From assembly GCA_034717215.1 (NCBI GenBank), contig JAYELD010000015.1, positions 1 through 49,023 of the forward strand: DNA of 49,023 nucleotides, given 5' to 3'. A program made the translations under genes and the position numbers. Numbering within the stretch: the stretch's first letter is position 1; each line of letters starts with the position of its first letter. This document shows positions 27,941 to 37,415 of the stretch, in pieces. This stretch comes from Caldisericota bacterium (lineage in GTDB: Bacteria > Caldisericota > Caldisericia > Caldisericales > Caldisericaceae). Below the pieces are notes generated by a model that searched no databases, was not told the DNA's origin, and was given only the letters and a program-made list of their open reading frames with translations.

Positions 27941-29551
27941 ATGTTTAAAAAAGCAGTAATTGTAGTGGTAGCACTAGCGTTAATAGTAGGTTTTGCCGGA
28001 TGCGCACCGGCAGCCGAAGAAACTCCAAAAGTAGAACAGGTATTAACGTACAATGTGGGAGCTGAACCACAGTTTTTTGATCCAAGAAAAGCAACAGGAA
28101 TACCAGAATTTACAATGTTGCTTAATCTTTTTGATGGGTTAATGAGGTATGACATTCAAGGACAGTTAGTCCTATCCATGGCAGAAAGCTACGACGTTTC
28201 TGATGATGGTCTAGTCTGGACATTTCATCTAAGAGATGCAAAATGGTCAAATGGCGAACCTGTTACTGCTTATGATTTTGAATATTCCTGGAAAACTGCT
28301 CTGGCACCTAAAACTGAATCTGAGTATGCTTACCAGATGTACTATCTCAAAAATGGAGCAGCATATAACAGCGGGGATATTACAGATCCTGACCTAGTAG
28401 GCGTAAAAGCTTTGGATGACAAAACACTTGTAGCGACTTTAGAGGCACCAACTGTTTACTTCACTTCACTTCTTACCTTTACTACTTATCTTCCAATAAA
28501 TAAGAAGCTTGATATGGAGAATCCTGATTGGGCAAAATCTGCAGATAATTTTATTAGCAATGGGCCATTTACGATTACAAAATGGGAACATAACCATCAA
28601 ATTGAAATGGTAAAGAATTCAAATTATTGGGATGCTGATAAGGTTAAATTAGATAAGATTGTTTTCCTTATGGTCGAAGAAAGCTCCACGGAATTAATGA
28701 TGTTTGAGAACGGAGAAATAGATTTTGGAAACAATCCACCTTTACCTGAAATGGACAGACTAAAGAGCGAAGGAATTTTGACAATCAGCCCGTATCTTGG
28801 AACATATTATTATATGTGTAACGTAACGGAGCCTCCATTTGACAATGTACTTGTAAGGAAAGCTTTTGCTGCTGCAATTGATAGAGAATCAATTGTAACA
28901 AATGTGACAAAAGGTGGCCAGCTACCTGCAACAGCATTTGTTCCGGGAGGAATACCCGATGCTGCACCAGGAGCAGAGTTTAGAGATGTTGGTGGTACCT
29001 ATTTTGAACCGTATGAGCCTGAAAAAGCAAAGCAATATTTAGCTGAAGCCGGTTATCCAAACGGCGAAGGATTTCCGGAATTTGTTCTTCTTTACAATAC
29101 AAGTGAAGGCCATAAAATTATTGCAGAGGCAATTCAGGGAATGTGGAAAGATACTTTAGGTGTCACTTGTACTCTGACCAACCAGGAATGGAAGGTTTAC
29201 CTTGACAATCGGAGCAAATTGAACTATCAGATTGCAAGAGCAGGCTGGATTGGCGATTATACCGATCCTATGACATTTATTGATATGTGGGTCACAGATG
29301 GCGGAAATAATGATACCGGCTGGAGTAATCTTGATTATGATAATTTTGTTGCTATTGCAAAAGGCACAGGAGACCAGGCTGTTAGAATGAAAGCAATGCA
29401 TGATGCAGAAGATATTTTGATGGATGAAATGCCCATAATTCCTATATATTTCTACACAAATCTTAATCTTATTAAACCATATCTAAAAGATTACTATATA
29501 TCCGCTCTTGGGTATACAGATTTTAAATTAGCATATATCGAAGAACATTAA
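27941..29551 (+). CDS. oppA: Oligopeptide ABC transporter substrate-binding lipoprotein (family 5)
   Basis: Lipobox LIVGFAGC. 536 aa with the typical SBP_bac_5 pattern (TFHLRDAKWSNGEPVTAYDF, ARAGWIGDYTDP). AAGGAGGA SD. Confidence 0.9.
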   Translation: MFKKAVIVVVALALIVGFAGCAPAAEETPKVEQVLTYNVGAEPQFFDPRKATGIPEFTMLLNLFDGLMRYDIQGQLVLSMAESYDVSDDGLVWTFHLRDAKWSNGEPVTAYDFEYSWKTALAPKTESEYAYQMYYLKNGAAYNSGDITDPDLVGVKALDDKTLVATLEAPTVYFTSLLTFTTYLPINKKLDMENPDWAKSADNFISNGPFTITKWEHNHQIEMVKNSNYWDADKVKLDKIVFLMVEESSTELMMFENGEIDFGNNPPLPEMDRLKSEGILTISPYLGTYYYMCNVTEPPFDNVLVRKAFAAAIDRESIVTNVTKGGQLPATAFVPGGIPDAAPGAEFRDVGGTYFEPYEPEKAKQYLAEAGYPNGEGFPEFVLLYNTSEGHKIIAEAIQGMWKDTLGVTCTLTNQEWKVYLDNRSKLNYQIARAGWIGDYTDPMTFIDMWVTDGGNNDTGWSNLDYDNFVAIAKGTGDQAVRMKAMHDAEDILMDEMPIIPIYFYTNLNLIKPYLKDYYISALGYTDFKLAYIEEH

Positions 29552-29553
29552 CG

Positions 29554-29586
29554 TTTATGGCCCCTCTCTGTGAGAGGGGCCATAAA
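29554..29586 (+). other. 15-bp intercistronic stem-loop between oppA and oppB
   Basis: TTTATGGCCCCTCTC-TGT-GAGAGGGGCCATAAA directly after the oppA stop. No U-tract follows, so it is more likely a partial terminator or mRNA-stabilising hairpin. Confidence 0.6.
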
Positions 29587-29614
29587 CTCTTAAAGAAGCG
29601 AAGCAGAGAAAAAC

Positions 29615-30541
29615 ATGAAAAAATATATTATAAATAGAATATTTTCGATGATACTTGTGCTTGTGGTTGTTTCGTCACTAACCTTTTTTTTGGCAAAGGC
29701 AATTCCTGGCGGTCCTTTTACAAAAGAAAAAAAGGTTCCCGATGTAATTTTACAAAGACTTGAGGAAAAATATCATTTTGATGATCCACTATGGAAACAA
29801 TATGTATCTTATATGGGCAATCTCCTGAAGGGTGATCTAGGCCCTTCATTTAGATATGATGCTCTAACTGTCAATGATATCATAGCGAAGGGTTTTCCCG
29901 TTTCGGCTACAATTGGTTTTCTTGCGGTGTTGCTTTCGATTATACTTGGCCTACCGGCTGGAATAATATCTGCTTATAGACAAAACTTCTGGCAGGACAA
30001 TACTGTAATGTTTGCTTCTTTAATTGGAATCTCTGTTCCTAGTTTTATTTTAGCAACTGCATTTATGTATTTTTTTGGGTTAAAGTTTAAAATATTGCCA
30101 ATTGCAGGATGGGGTGGATTCCGTTATATGATTCTTCCTGCAATTACACTTGCTGCATATCCAACCGCATATATAGCAAGGTTAACCAGATCTAGCATGT
30201 TAGATGTGTTGAGCCAAGATTATATTAAAACAGCAAGATCTAAAGGCCTTTCAGAATTTAAGGTTATCACAATGCATGCGCTGAAAAATGCAATCCTTCC
30301 GGTCGTTACTTATATGGGACCAATGATTGCTGCAATTTTCACTGGTAGCTTTATCATTGAAAGATTATTTTTTATTCCCGGTCTTGGAAAATATTATGTT
30401 ACAGCTATCTATGATAGAGATTATACAGTAATTCTTGGGACAACAATATTCTATGCATTTTTTTTGGTAACTGCAAACTTTATTGTTGATATTCTTTACG
30501 CATTTCTTGACCCAAGGATTACATATGCAGAAAAAAAGTAG
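29615..30541 (+). CDS. oppB: Oligopeptide ABC transporter permease
   Basis: 308 aa. N-terminus MKKYIINRIFSMILVLVVVSSLTFFL and the DYIKTARSKGLSE EAA motif. Confidence 0.9.
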   Translation: MKKYIINRIFSMILVLVVVSSLTFFLAKAIPGGPFTKEKKVPDVILQRLEEKYHFDDPLWKQYVSYMGNLLKGDLGPSFRYDALTVNDIIAKGFPVSATIGFLAVLLSIILGLPAGIISAYRQNFWQDNTVMFASLIGISVPSFILATAFMYFFGLKFKILPIAGWGGFRYMILPAITLAAYPTAYIARLTRSSMLDVLSQDYIKTARSKGLSEFKVITMHALKNAILPVVTYMGPMIAAIFTGSFIIERLFFIPGLGKYYVTAIYDRDYTVILGTTIFYAFFLVTANFIVDILYAFLDPRITYAEKK

Positions 30542-31460
30542 GGAAGATATGGATGGGAAAAAACTTTTTACACCTATAAAAAAAGAAGAATTAGGAATAA
30601 AGGAATTTGTGAGACCACCAGTAGGTTATTGGAAAGATGCATGGAGAAGATTAAAGAAAAATAAATTGGCAATGGTCGGGCTTGTGATGATAATCTTATT
30701 GCTTTTATTTGCTGTTTTGGGTCCCCAACTTTCCCCTTATAAGTATGACCAAACTGAACTAATAAATTGCTATGCGTCTATGTCAAAAACGCATCTATTT
30801 GGCACCGATGCAATTGGAAGAGATGTTTTTACGCGAATTGCATTTGGAGCACGTATATCTCTTGCCGTTGGTTTTGTAGCAGCATTTATTAGTTTTTTTA
30901 TAGGAGTTTTTTATGGTGGAATTTCAGGGTTTATTGGTGGGAAAACCGATAACATTATGATGAGAATTGTTGATATTTTTTACAGTGTTCCCGTGCTTCT
31001 TATTGTCATACTTCTCATGGTAATACTCCGGCCTGGTCTTACAAATGTATTTATTGCGCTTGGAATTGCTTATTGGGTTGGAATGGCGAGGATAGTCAGG
31101 GGGCAAGTCCTAAGTTTAAAAGAGCAGGAATTTACACTGGCTGCTCGTGCTTTAGGAGCAAGTAAACGAAGGATTCTAACAAAGCATCTTATTCCAAACA
31201 CAATGGGTCCAATTATTATTACTGCAACTCTTCTTATTCCAAATGCAATTTTCTTTGAGGCATTCTTGAGTTTTATTGGGCTTGGTGTTTCTGCTCCAAT
31301 GGCCAGCTGGGGTGTGTTAGCATCTGATGGTATTCAGGGTTTTCGATCTTACCCTAATCTTCTCTTTATCCCGGCAATTTTTATTTCATTAACAATGTTA
31401 TCGTTTAATTTCCTCGGTGACGGCTTAAGAGATGCTTTGGATCCACGACTCAGAAAATAG
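30525..31460 (+). CDS. oppC: Oligopeptide ABC transporter permease
   Basis: WKDAWRRLKKNKLAMVGL N-terminus and an OppC-type EAA loop (FTLAARALGASKRRIL). Start chosen at ATG 30525 (AAGGA 6 nt upstream). ATG 30549 is an alternative. Confidence 0.85.
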   Translation: MQKKSREDMDGKKLFTPIKKEELGIKEFVRPPVGYWKDAWRRLKKNKLAMVGLVMIILLLLFAVLGPQLSPYKYDQTELINCYASMSKTHLFGTDAIGRDVFTRIAFGARISLAVGFVAAFISFFIGVFYGGISGFIGGKTDNIMMRIVDIFYSVPVLLIVILLMVILRPGLTNVFIALGIAYWVGMARIVRGQVLSLKEQEFTLAARALGASKRRILTKHLIPNTMGPIIITATLLIPNAIFFEAFLSFIGLGVSAPMASWGVLASDGIQGFRSYPNLLFIPAIFISLTMLSFNFLGDGLRDALDPRLRK

Positions 31461-31471
31461 GAGGAGAATGA

Positions 31472-32473
31472 ATGACACAACCAACACTGAAAGTTGAGAA
31501 TCTTACAACTCAGTTTTTTACATATGCAGGAGTTGTCCAGGCAGTTAGAGGAGTTTCTTTTGAAATTTATCCTGGCGAAGCCGTTGGGCTTGTAGGAGAA
31601 TCTGGATGCGGAAAATCTGTAACAGGATTATCTATTATGCGATTAATTCCAAACCCACCAGGCAAAATTGTTTCTGGGTCTGTCTACCTTGACAGGAAAA
31701 ACCTTTTGGAATTTAGTGAAAAAGAAATGAGAAGCGTTCGTGGCAATGAAATCTCGATGATTTTTCAAGATCCAATGACCTCTTTGAACCCTGTTTTTTC
31801 CATTGGGTATCAAATAATGGAGACGCTATTGCTTCATCAGAAAATAACAAAAAAACAGGCAAGGGAAAAAGCAATTAAACTGCTTGATATGGTGCATATA
31901 AAATCTCCCGAAGAGGTTATCAATCGATACCCTCATCAATTAAGCGGAGGAATGAGACAAAGAGTGATGGCGGCAATTGCAATTTCCTGTGATCCAAAAA
32001 TAATCATTGCAGATGAACCAACTACATCTCTTGACGTTACAATTCAGGCTCAAATATTGAATCTCCTCACCGACTTAAAGACCAAATTGAATTCGTCGAT
32101 AGTCTTGATTACACATAATCTTGCTGTGGTAGCAGGCTTATGTAGTAGAGTACTTGTGATGTATGCAGGATTAATAATGGAAGAAGGAACTGACATGCAG
32201 ATATATAACGACCCGATGCATCCGTATACCTGGGGGTTAATGAAGGCTGTGCCTAAAATTAATGAAGAAGAAAAAGAGAGACTTATGACAATACCTGGTT
32301 TACCGCCAGATCTTCTATCTCCTCCTGAAGGATGTCCTTTTGCACTAAGGTGTGATTACGCAATGCAGATATGTTTCCAGAAAAAACCACCTTTTTTTGA
32401 ACCCAAAAAGGGACATAAGGTGGCATGCTGGTTGATGGATTCAAGAGCACCTCGTGTGAAAAGGAGCATGTAA
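31472..32473 (+). CDS. oppD: Oligopeptide ABC transporter ATP-binding protein
   Basis: Walker A GESGCGKS, signature LSGGMRQRVMAAIA, and a C-terminal oligopeptide-type extension (HPYTWGL...CPFALRC). Confidence 0.9.
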   Translation: MTQPTLKVENLTTQFFTYAGVVQAVRGVSFEIYPGEAVGLVGESGCGKSVTGLSIMRLIPNPPGKIVSGSVYLDRKNLLEFSEKEMRSVRGNEISMIFQDPMTSLNPVFSIGYQIMETLLLHQKITKKQAREKAIKLLDMVHIKSPEEVINRYPHQLSGGMRQRVMAAIAISCDPKIIIADEPTTSLDVTIQAQILNLLTDLKTKLNSSIVLITHNLAVVAGLCSRVLVMYAGLIMEEGTDMQIYNDPMHPYTWGLMKAVPKINEEEKERLMTIPGLPPDLLSPPEGCPFALRCDYAMQICFQKKPPFFEPKKGHKVACWLMDSRAPRVKRSM

Positions 32474-33462
32474 TGAATGTCAAAACAATTGACGAACCAA
32501 TCCTTCAAGTTAAACGTTTAAAAAAATACTTCCCGATAAAAAGAGGCGGTTTCTTAAAGAAAGAAACTGTTTTTGTAAAAGCGATTGATGATGTAAGTTT
32601 TAATGTCAGAAAGGGGGAAACTCTTGGCCTTGTAGGAGAAACTGGAAGTGGTAAGACAACTGTAGGGAGAACAATAATCCGCTTATATAAACCTACCAGC
32701 GGACAAATTATTTTTAATGGAATGGATATAACTAATGTTAATGAAAATAAAATGCAAAAGATTCGAAAAAAAATTCAAATGATTTTTCAGGATCCATACG
32801 CTTCTCTTGATCCGCGGCTTACTGTCGAAGAAATTGTCACAGAACCAATGGAAATCCATAGCCTCTACACTCCTGAGAAGAGAAGAGAGAAAGCAAAAGA
32901 ATTACTGAATATTATTGGACTTAATCCTGAGCACTTGAATAGATTTCCCCATGAATTTAGTGGTGGTCAACGACAAAGAATAGGTCTTGCAAGAGCATTG
33001 GCAGTTGAGCCACAATTTATTATTTGTGATGAGCCCGTATCTGCTCTTGATGTATCTATTCAGGCCCAAATAATTAATACTTTTGAAGATCTACAAGAAC
33101 AATTTGGACTCACTTATCTATTTATTTCACATGATATTGCAATGGTAAAACATATCAGCGATGATATTGCTGTGATGTACCTTGGTCGAGTTATGGAAAC
33201 TGCGTTAAGTAATGAAATTTATAAACACCCACTTCATCCATATACTCAGGCTTTGATGACAGCAGTACCAATTCCGGATCCTCAAGCAGAAAAAAAGCGG
33301 GCTAGAATCATACTGGAAGGTGATATTTCAAGCAACATAAATCTTCCTAAGGGCTGTAGATTCAGGCCACGCTGTAAGTACGCAAAGAAAATATGCGAAG
33401 AGGTAGAACCTAAGTTAGAAGAAAAAGAAACAAATCATTTTGTAGCCTGTCATCTTTATTGA
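32473..33462 (+). CDS. oppF: Oligopeptide ABC transporter ATP-binding protein
   Basis: Walker A GETGSGKTT, signature FSGGQRQRIGLARAL, and a C-terminal HPYTQAL...CRFRPRC. Start at ATG 32473 (TAATG overlap with oppD, AAGGAG SD). Confidence 0.9.
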   Translation: MNVKTIDEPILQVKRLKKYFPIKRGGFLKKETVFVKAIDDVSFNVRKGETLGLVGETGSGKTTVGRTIIRLYKPTSGQIIFNGMDITNVNENKMQKIRKKIQMIFQDPYASLDPRLTVEEIVTEPMEIHSLYTPEKRREKAKELLNIIGLNPEHLNRFPHEFSGGQRQRIGLARALAVEPQFIICDEPVSALDVSIQAQIINTFEDLQEQFGLTYLFISHDIAMVKHISDDIAVMYLGRVMETALSNEIYKHPLHPYTQALMTAVPIPDPQAEKKRARIILEGDISSNINLPKGCRFRPRCKYAKKICEEVEPKLEEKETNHFVACHLY

Positions 33463-33516
33463 TTAGCGGCATTTTTAATAATGTAAAAATTTTTTAAAAA
33501 AAATAGGTATAAAGTA

Positions 33517-33544
33517 TTGACATGGATGATAAAATTCATATAAT
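33517..33544 (+). promoter_or_regulatory. Near-consensus sigma70 promoter with no downstream protein gene
   Basis: TTGACA (33517-33522), 16-nt spacer, TATAAT (33539-33544), in the convergent oppF/thiI intergenic region. Confidence 0.55.
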
Positions 33545-33550
33545 AGTTTG

Positions 33551-33656
33551 GCTTATGAGAATAAGCTGAAAGTTTGTAAAAACTTTCATTTTCTTCCTCC
33601 TTTTTAAGGAATATTAAACAATAAATAAAGCCCCTCCCCCGGGGCTTTTCTGTTTT
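33551..33656 (+). ncRNA. Candidate ~105-nt small RNA (two GNRA-capped hairpins, CCUCC-containing segment, intrinsic terminator)
   Basis: Bounded by the promoter at 33517-33544 and the terminator at 33627-33656. Hairpins GCUUAU-GAGA-AUAAGC and GAAAGUUU-GUAA-AAACUUUC, then UUCUUCCUCCUUUUUAAGGAA. The 5' end is inferred, not measured. Confidence 0.4.
33627..33656. terminator. Bidirectional intrinsic terminator
   Basis: AAAGCCCC-TCCCCC-GGGGCTTT stem-loop. T-rich tails on both strands (TTTTCTGTTTT on plus, TTTATTTATTG on minus). Downstream of thiI on the minus strand and of the candidate sRNA on the plus strand. Confidence 0.7.
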
Positions 33657-33767
33657 AAGCTTAATAATCTGATGAAGATAATCTTGAGCTTAAATATTTG
33701 AATCGATAAAGTGTTGAGTTATTGTCGATTAAAGCGGAACGCGTAAACATTACATATACATAAGATA

Positions 33768-34871
33768 TTATGCTTCGATTTCTTCGTCGATAATTGCACT
33801 TATCTTTTCAACTTCTTCTTTATTTCCTTTTATGATTGGATATTTAGGTAGAAACTGACATTGATAACTTGTAGAAATAGAGATATCATATGTGCCAATG
33901 TAACTGGCAATTTTTTCAATTTCGAGCTTATCCAATCCAATGAGAGGCCTATAAATGGGAAAATCTATATTTTTTTGAATGATATGGATATTCCTAAGCG
34001 TCTGGCTTGCTACCTGCCCTAACGAATCACCTGTAACAACACCTTCGGCCTTTATCTTTTCGGCAATGTGTGCTGCAACGCTAAGAATTCTGCGTTTACA
34101 GAAAATACAAATGTAGCGTTCTTTATCGTATTTTTTGAGAATTTTTCTTAAATCATTCAGGTATTCATTATGCGGAACGAGTATGAATTTTGTTTTGCGA
34201 TCAAAAAGTAGAAAATACTCATATAATTTTCGTGCTTTCTCTTCTTCGCCTTTGTCTATAGTGAAATGTACAAATGTAATTCGCGCACCTCTTTTTAACA
34301 TAAGAAAAGCGGCGACAGGCGAATCAATGCCACCAGAAAGAAGAGCAACAATACTTCCTTGCTCACCAACAGGAAGTCCACCAACTCCTCTCAACTTATC
34401 AGTATAAAGATAGGTTCCGTTGCGTAAAATTTCAATGCCTATAAAAAGATCAGGATGTTTTAAGTCCACATTTAGATTGGTTGCATCTTTGATGGCGCCA
34501 CCTACAATACGCTCAATGTCAGGACTTTTGACGGGATATTCTAAGTAGAGTCGCTTGACGCGCACTACAAAACTTTTAATCTCTTGTTCAGCTTGCTTGT
34601 CTTTCGCTAATTGAACAGCACTGCTTTTAATTTCATTTAAGTTATGGCCAATTTTTATAGCCGGACTGAATGAAACAATCCCCGGAAGATAGCTCATTTT
34701 TTTCGCATTGCTCCAGTTTGTATATACGACAAGTCTTCCGCCAACAATCTCTACTTTACTGCCATTAAACAGTTTCTCAATTTGTTCCTTTAACCTGCGT
34801 TTCATACTGTTTTGTGCTTTCCGACCCTTAGTTCCGATTTCTCCAAATCTGCATATAATTGTATGTTCCAT
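33768..34871 (-). CDS. thiI: tRNA 4-thiouridine synthase ThiI (THUMP plus PP-loop, no rhodanese domain)
   Basis: N-terminal GEIGTKGRK, PP-loop LLSGGIDSPVAA, CIFCKRR, and TGDSLGQVASQTLRN...RPLIGLDK. Confidence 0.9.
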   Translation of the reverse strand: MEHTIICRFGEIGTKGRKAQNSMKRRLKEQIEKLFNGSKVEIVGGRLVVYTNWSNAKKMSYLPGIVSFSPAIKIGHNLNEIKSSAVQLAKDKQAEQEIKSFVVRVKRLYLEYPVKSPDIERIVGGAIKDATNLNVDLKHPDLFIGIEILRNGTYLYTDKLRGVGGLPVGEQGSIVALLSGGIDSPVAAFLMLKRGARITFVHFTIDKGEEEKARKLYEYFLLFDRKTKFILVPHNEYLNDLRKILKKYDKERYICIFCKRRILSVAAHIAEKIKAEGVVTGDSLGQVASQTLRNIHIIQKNIDFPIYRPLIGLDKLEIEKIASYIGTYDISISTSYQCQFLPKYPIIKGNKEEVEKISAIIDEEIEA

Positions 34872-36010
34872 TAAATGCCTCTCATTTTTTTGAAAAACGA
34901 TTTATTATTTTCTTGAATACTTATGCCATCTTTTTGAAGCAATTCGCTAAAAATTTGCCGAAGCGCTGATTTTTCATAGGCATGTATCACTGCCTGTTCA
35001 TGCGCTTCTTTGAGTGCTACAGGATAGCCCATTCCTTTTTCTGTTTGACTCAATAAAAGTTTGTGTAAAAGATCAATTTTTTGTTTGTCATGTGCTATAA
35101 ATGCTGGAATTTCTACTCTTGCTATTTCGCTTCCCACGTTAAAATAGAAGAAAAATATTGGAGCAGTATAATAACGCAAAATCGGCGCATTACTCCTAAA
35201 TAGTGCTGAACGTTCGCCACTTTTAAGCAATCTGCCGAAGATATCAGTGTCCTGGAGTATATCAAATTGTTTTACGTCTTCATTGCTTGTCTTTTTTTCA
35301 CTGCTAGTAATTTGTAATTTTACTATACCAGTGACATCTTTGGAACGAGATCCGCTTATATATCCTGCAGTAGGAATATTTAACTCCTGACTTTTTTGAA
35401 AAAGCAGCTGGAATCTATTGATAAATTCTTGTTTGAACTGCTCATTTCGGTCTTTTACTTCCCACTGGATTAATGTTCCGTCGAGAAGAGATATTACTGG
35501 AATATTTTCATTTTTTGTTTTTTCAAGAAGAGAAGAAAGCGAAATACTCTCTTCTAAGAGCATTTTGGAATCTAATACTTCACCTTTAATCATCATTTTT
35601 TGTCCACCCATATCTACAAAAAGATCTTTCTCCGTATAAAACATTTTGGGTACTGAGTTTGCAAAGAAATAAGGAGTATCACCGTATTTGATACTAATTT
35701 CTCCTATATTAACAACATAGTAATAAAGAGGAAAATCAAAGTCAATAGGAATCTCTGATCCGTCTGTAGCAACAACAATGTAATCCTGCATATCTACATC
35801 AGCGTGGATTTTGTCAAGAGGGTTACTCAAAGGTGTAGCTACAGGAAAATTAACATGCATAAAATTTCGTTTTATTTCAATTTCGCTTGCTGAAACATCT
35901 TTTAGTATTTCTAATGCTCTTTCGATAAGGTCTTTTTTAATCACTTGCAAATCTTTGCTCTCTTTTACTGCATTTTTCATTTCCGGCAGTATTTTTTCAA
36001 TTTTTAACAT
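34871..36010 (-). CDS. NurA-domain 5'-3' nuclease-like protein
   Basis: NurA motifs read by eye: VVATDGSEI, SLLDGTLIQW, GYISGSRSKD, ARVEIPAFI, GYPVALKEAHEQAVI. TAATG overlap with thiI. Confidence 0.65.
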   Translation of the reverse strand: MLKIEKILPEMKNAVKESKDLQVIKKDLIERALEILKDVSASEIEIKRNFMHVNFPVATPLSNPLDKIHADVDMQDYIVVATDGSEIPIDFDFPLYYYVVNIGEISIKYGDTPYFFANSVPKMFYTEKDLFVDMGGQKMMIKGEVLDSKMLLEESISLSSLLEKTKNENIPVISLLDGTLIQWEVKDRNEQFKQEFINRFQLLFQKSQELNIPTAGYISGSRSKDVTGIVKLQITSSEKKTSNEDVKQFDILQDTDIFGRLLKSGERSALFRSNAPILRYYTAPIFFFYFNVGSEIARVEIPAFIAHDKQKIDLLHKLLLSQTEKGMGYPVALKEAHEQAVIHAYEKSALRQIFSELLQKDGISIQENNKSFFKKMRGI

Positions 36011-36156
36011 TTCACTCTCCTTATCTATTATAGAAAAATTTAAAAAAGAAGTAAATCAGTTATTTAGTAGCTTTACATTAATTTGCAACCAACCGGTAGC
36101 ATAACTACAGTAGAATATAACATTGATTTTTTGGCTCATAACAGTATAATCGCTAT

Positions 36157-37365
36157 ATGAAAGATGTGATAACACTCTTTTCGATATTAATCTTTTTGGG
36201 AGTGCTTGTAAGACTTAAAACAAATATCGGAATAACAATCTTGCTATCTGGTATTTTGCTTTCAATTTTTAAGCAGATTCCTTTGATTGAAATTGCCAAA
36301 GCATTCTATGTAGTGGCTACTGCCTGGGATACCGTACGATTGACATTAATTGTGGTAATTATCACATATTTTGTAGAATTATTAAAAGAGGCTAAATTTC
36401 TCGATAGAATGGTAAAAAGTTTTTCAGAGATATTTTCCGCTAAATTTTTTGTGCCAATCTTTGCGCTTATCATAGGTACATTACCTATTCCTGGAGGAGC
36501 ACTAATCTCTGCTCCCTTAGTTAATGAAGGAATGAAGCAGTCAAGTGCAACAGCGGGAGAAAAAACAGTAATAAATTTTTGGTTTAGACATATCTGGCAG
36601 CCAACGTCACCGCTTTACCCGGATATGTTGCTTGCTTCATCAATTTTGGGTGTTTCAATATTACGCATTATCTTTGTACAATGGCCGTTTTCAGTTTTAA
36701 TGATCATTTCCGGGTTAATTTTTCTTGTGCCTAAGATCAACTGTATTAATTGTGCAAAAAGAAAAGTTAGCAAAAGTGCTGTGTACGAGCTGATATTAAG
36801 TATTATGCCAATATTCATTGTATTAAGCCTGATACTTATCTTCCATATATCGATTATTCTCTCTGGAGTTGTTGGAATAATTTATGTAATTATAGTAAGG
36901 AAACTCACGCCTAAAAACCTTTTAAAAGCTTTTCGTTGGAGACTTCTTTTAAAATTAGCAATTCTTCTGTTTTCGATTTTCTATCTAAAGCACGCTTTTA
37001 TAAAAACAGGTATTATTGATGGAATATATCTTTTTCTTAACGAACGAAACTTTCCTTATTTTTTTATTTTATTTTCTTTGCCGTTTGTGGTAAGCCTTAT
37101 GACGGGAGCAGCAGTTGCTACGGTAGGGGTTTCTTATCCATTACTTCTTCCTTTGCTACTAACTCCACAATTAAACAATGCTAATCTTTTTATTGCTTTT
37201 CTCGGAGGCTGGAGTGCGCTCATGCTTACTCCGACACATTTATGTCTTTCGCTGAGCATGGAGTATTTTAATGCAGTACCATCGAAAATGTACCTACTGC
37301 TTTTGAAGAATATAATATTTCTTATGCTGGGTGCTACATTTTGGTTTTTAGCAGTTTTTCGTTAA
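36157..37365 (+). CDS. DUF401-family integral membrane protein (putative permease)
   Basis: 402 aa with about 10-12 TM segments. GTLPIPGGALISAPLV and LGGWSALMLTPTHLCL resemble the DUF401/TIGR00529 family. Confidence 0.5.
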   Translation: MKDVITLFSILIFLGVLVRLKTNIGITILLSGILLSIFKQIPLIEIAKAFYVVATAWDTVRLTLIVVIITYFVELLKEAKFLDRMVKSFSEIFSAKFFVPIFALIIGTLPIPGGALISAPLVNEGMKQSSATAGEKTVINFWFRHIWQPTSPLYPDMLLASSILGVSILRIIFVQWPFSVLMIISGLIFLVPKINCINCAKRKVSKSAVYELILSIMPIFIVLSLILIFHISIILSGVVGIIYVIIVRKLTPKNLLKAFRWRLLLKLAILLFSIFYLKHAFIKTGIIDGIYLFLNERNFPYFFILFSLPFVVSLMTGAAVATVGVSYPLLLPLLLTPQLNNANLFIAFLGGWSALMLTPTHLCLSLSMEYFNAVPSKMYLLLLKNIIFLMLGATFWFLAVFR

Positions 37366-37369
37366 ACTA

Positions 37370-37397
37370 TTGATTTTTTGAGTAGTTTTGGTATTAT
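37370..37397 (+). promoter_or_regulatory. Promoter of tRNA-Ser
   Basis: TTGATT (37370-37375), 16-nt spacer ending in TGG (extended -10), TATTAT (37392-37397). The tRNA starts at 37416. Confidence 0.4.
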
Positions 37398-37415
37398 TGG
37401 CTCGCAAAACAGGAT

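Noticed and set aside
33536-33589. Annotating the 17-codon minus-strand ORF as a type I toxin CDS
   Set aside because: Seventeen residues are too short for a membrane-spanning toxin. No minus-strand promoter is visible between the thiI terminator and its RBS. It is kept only as an alternative reading inside the sRNA finding.
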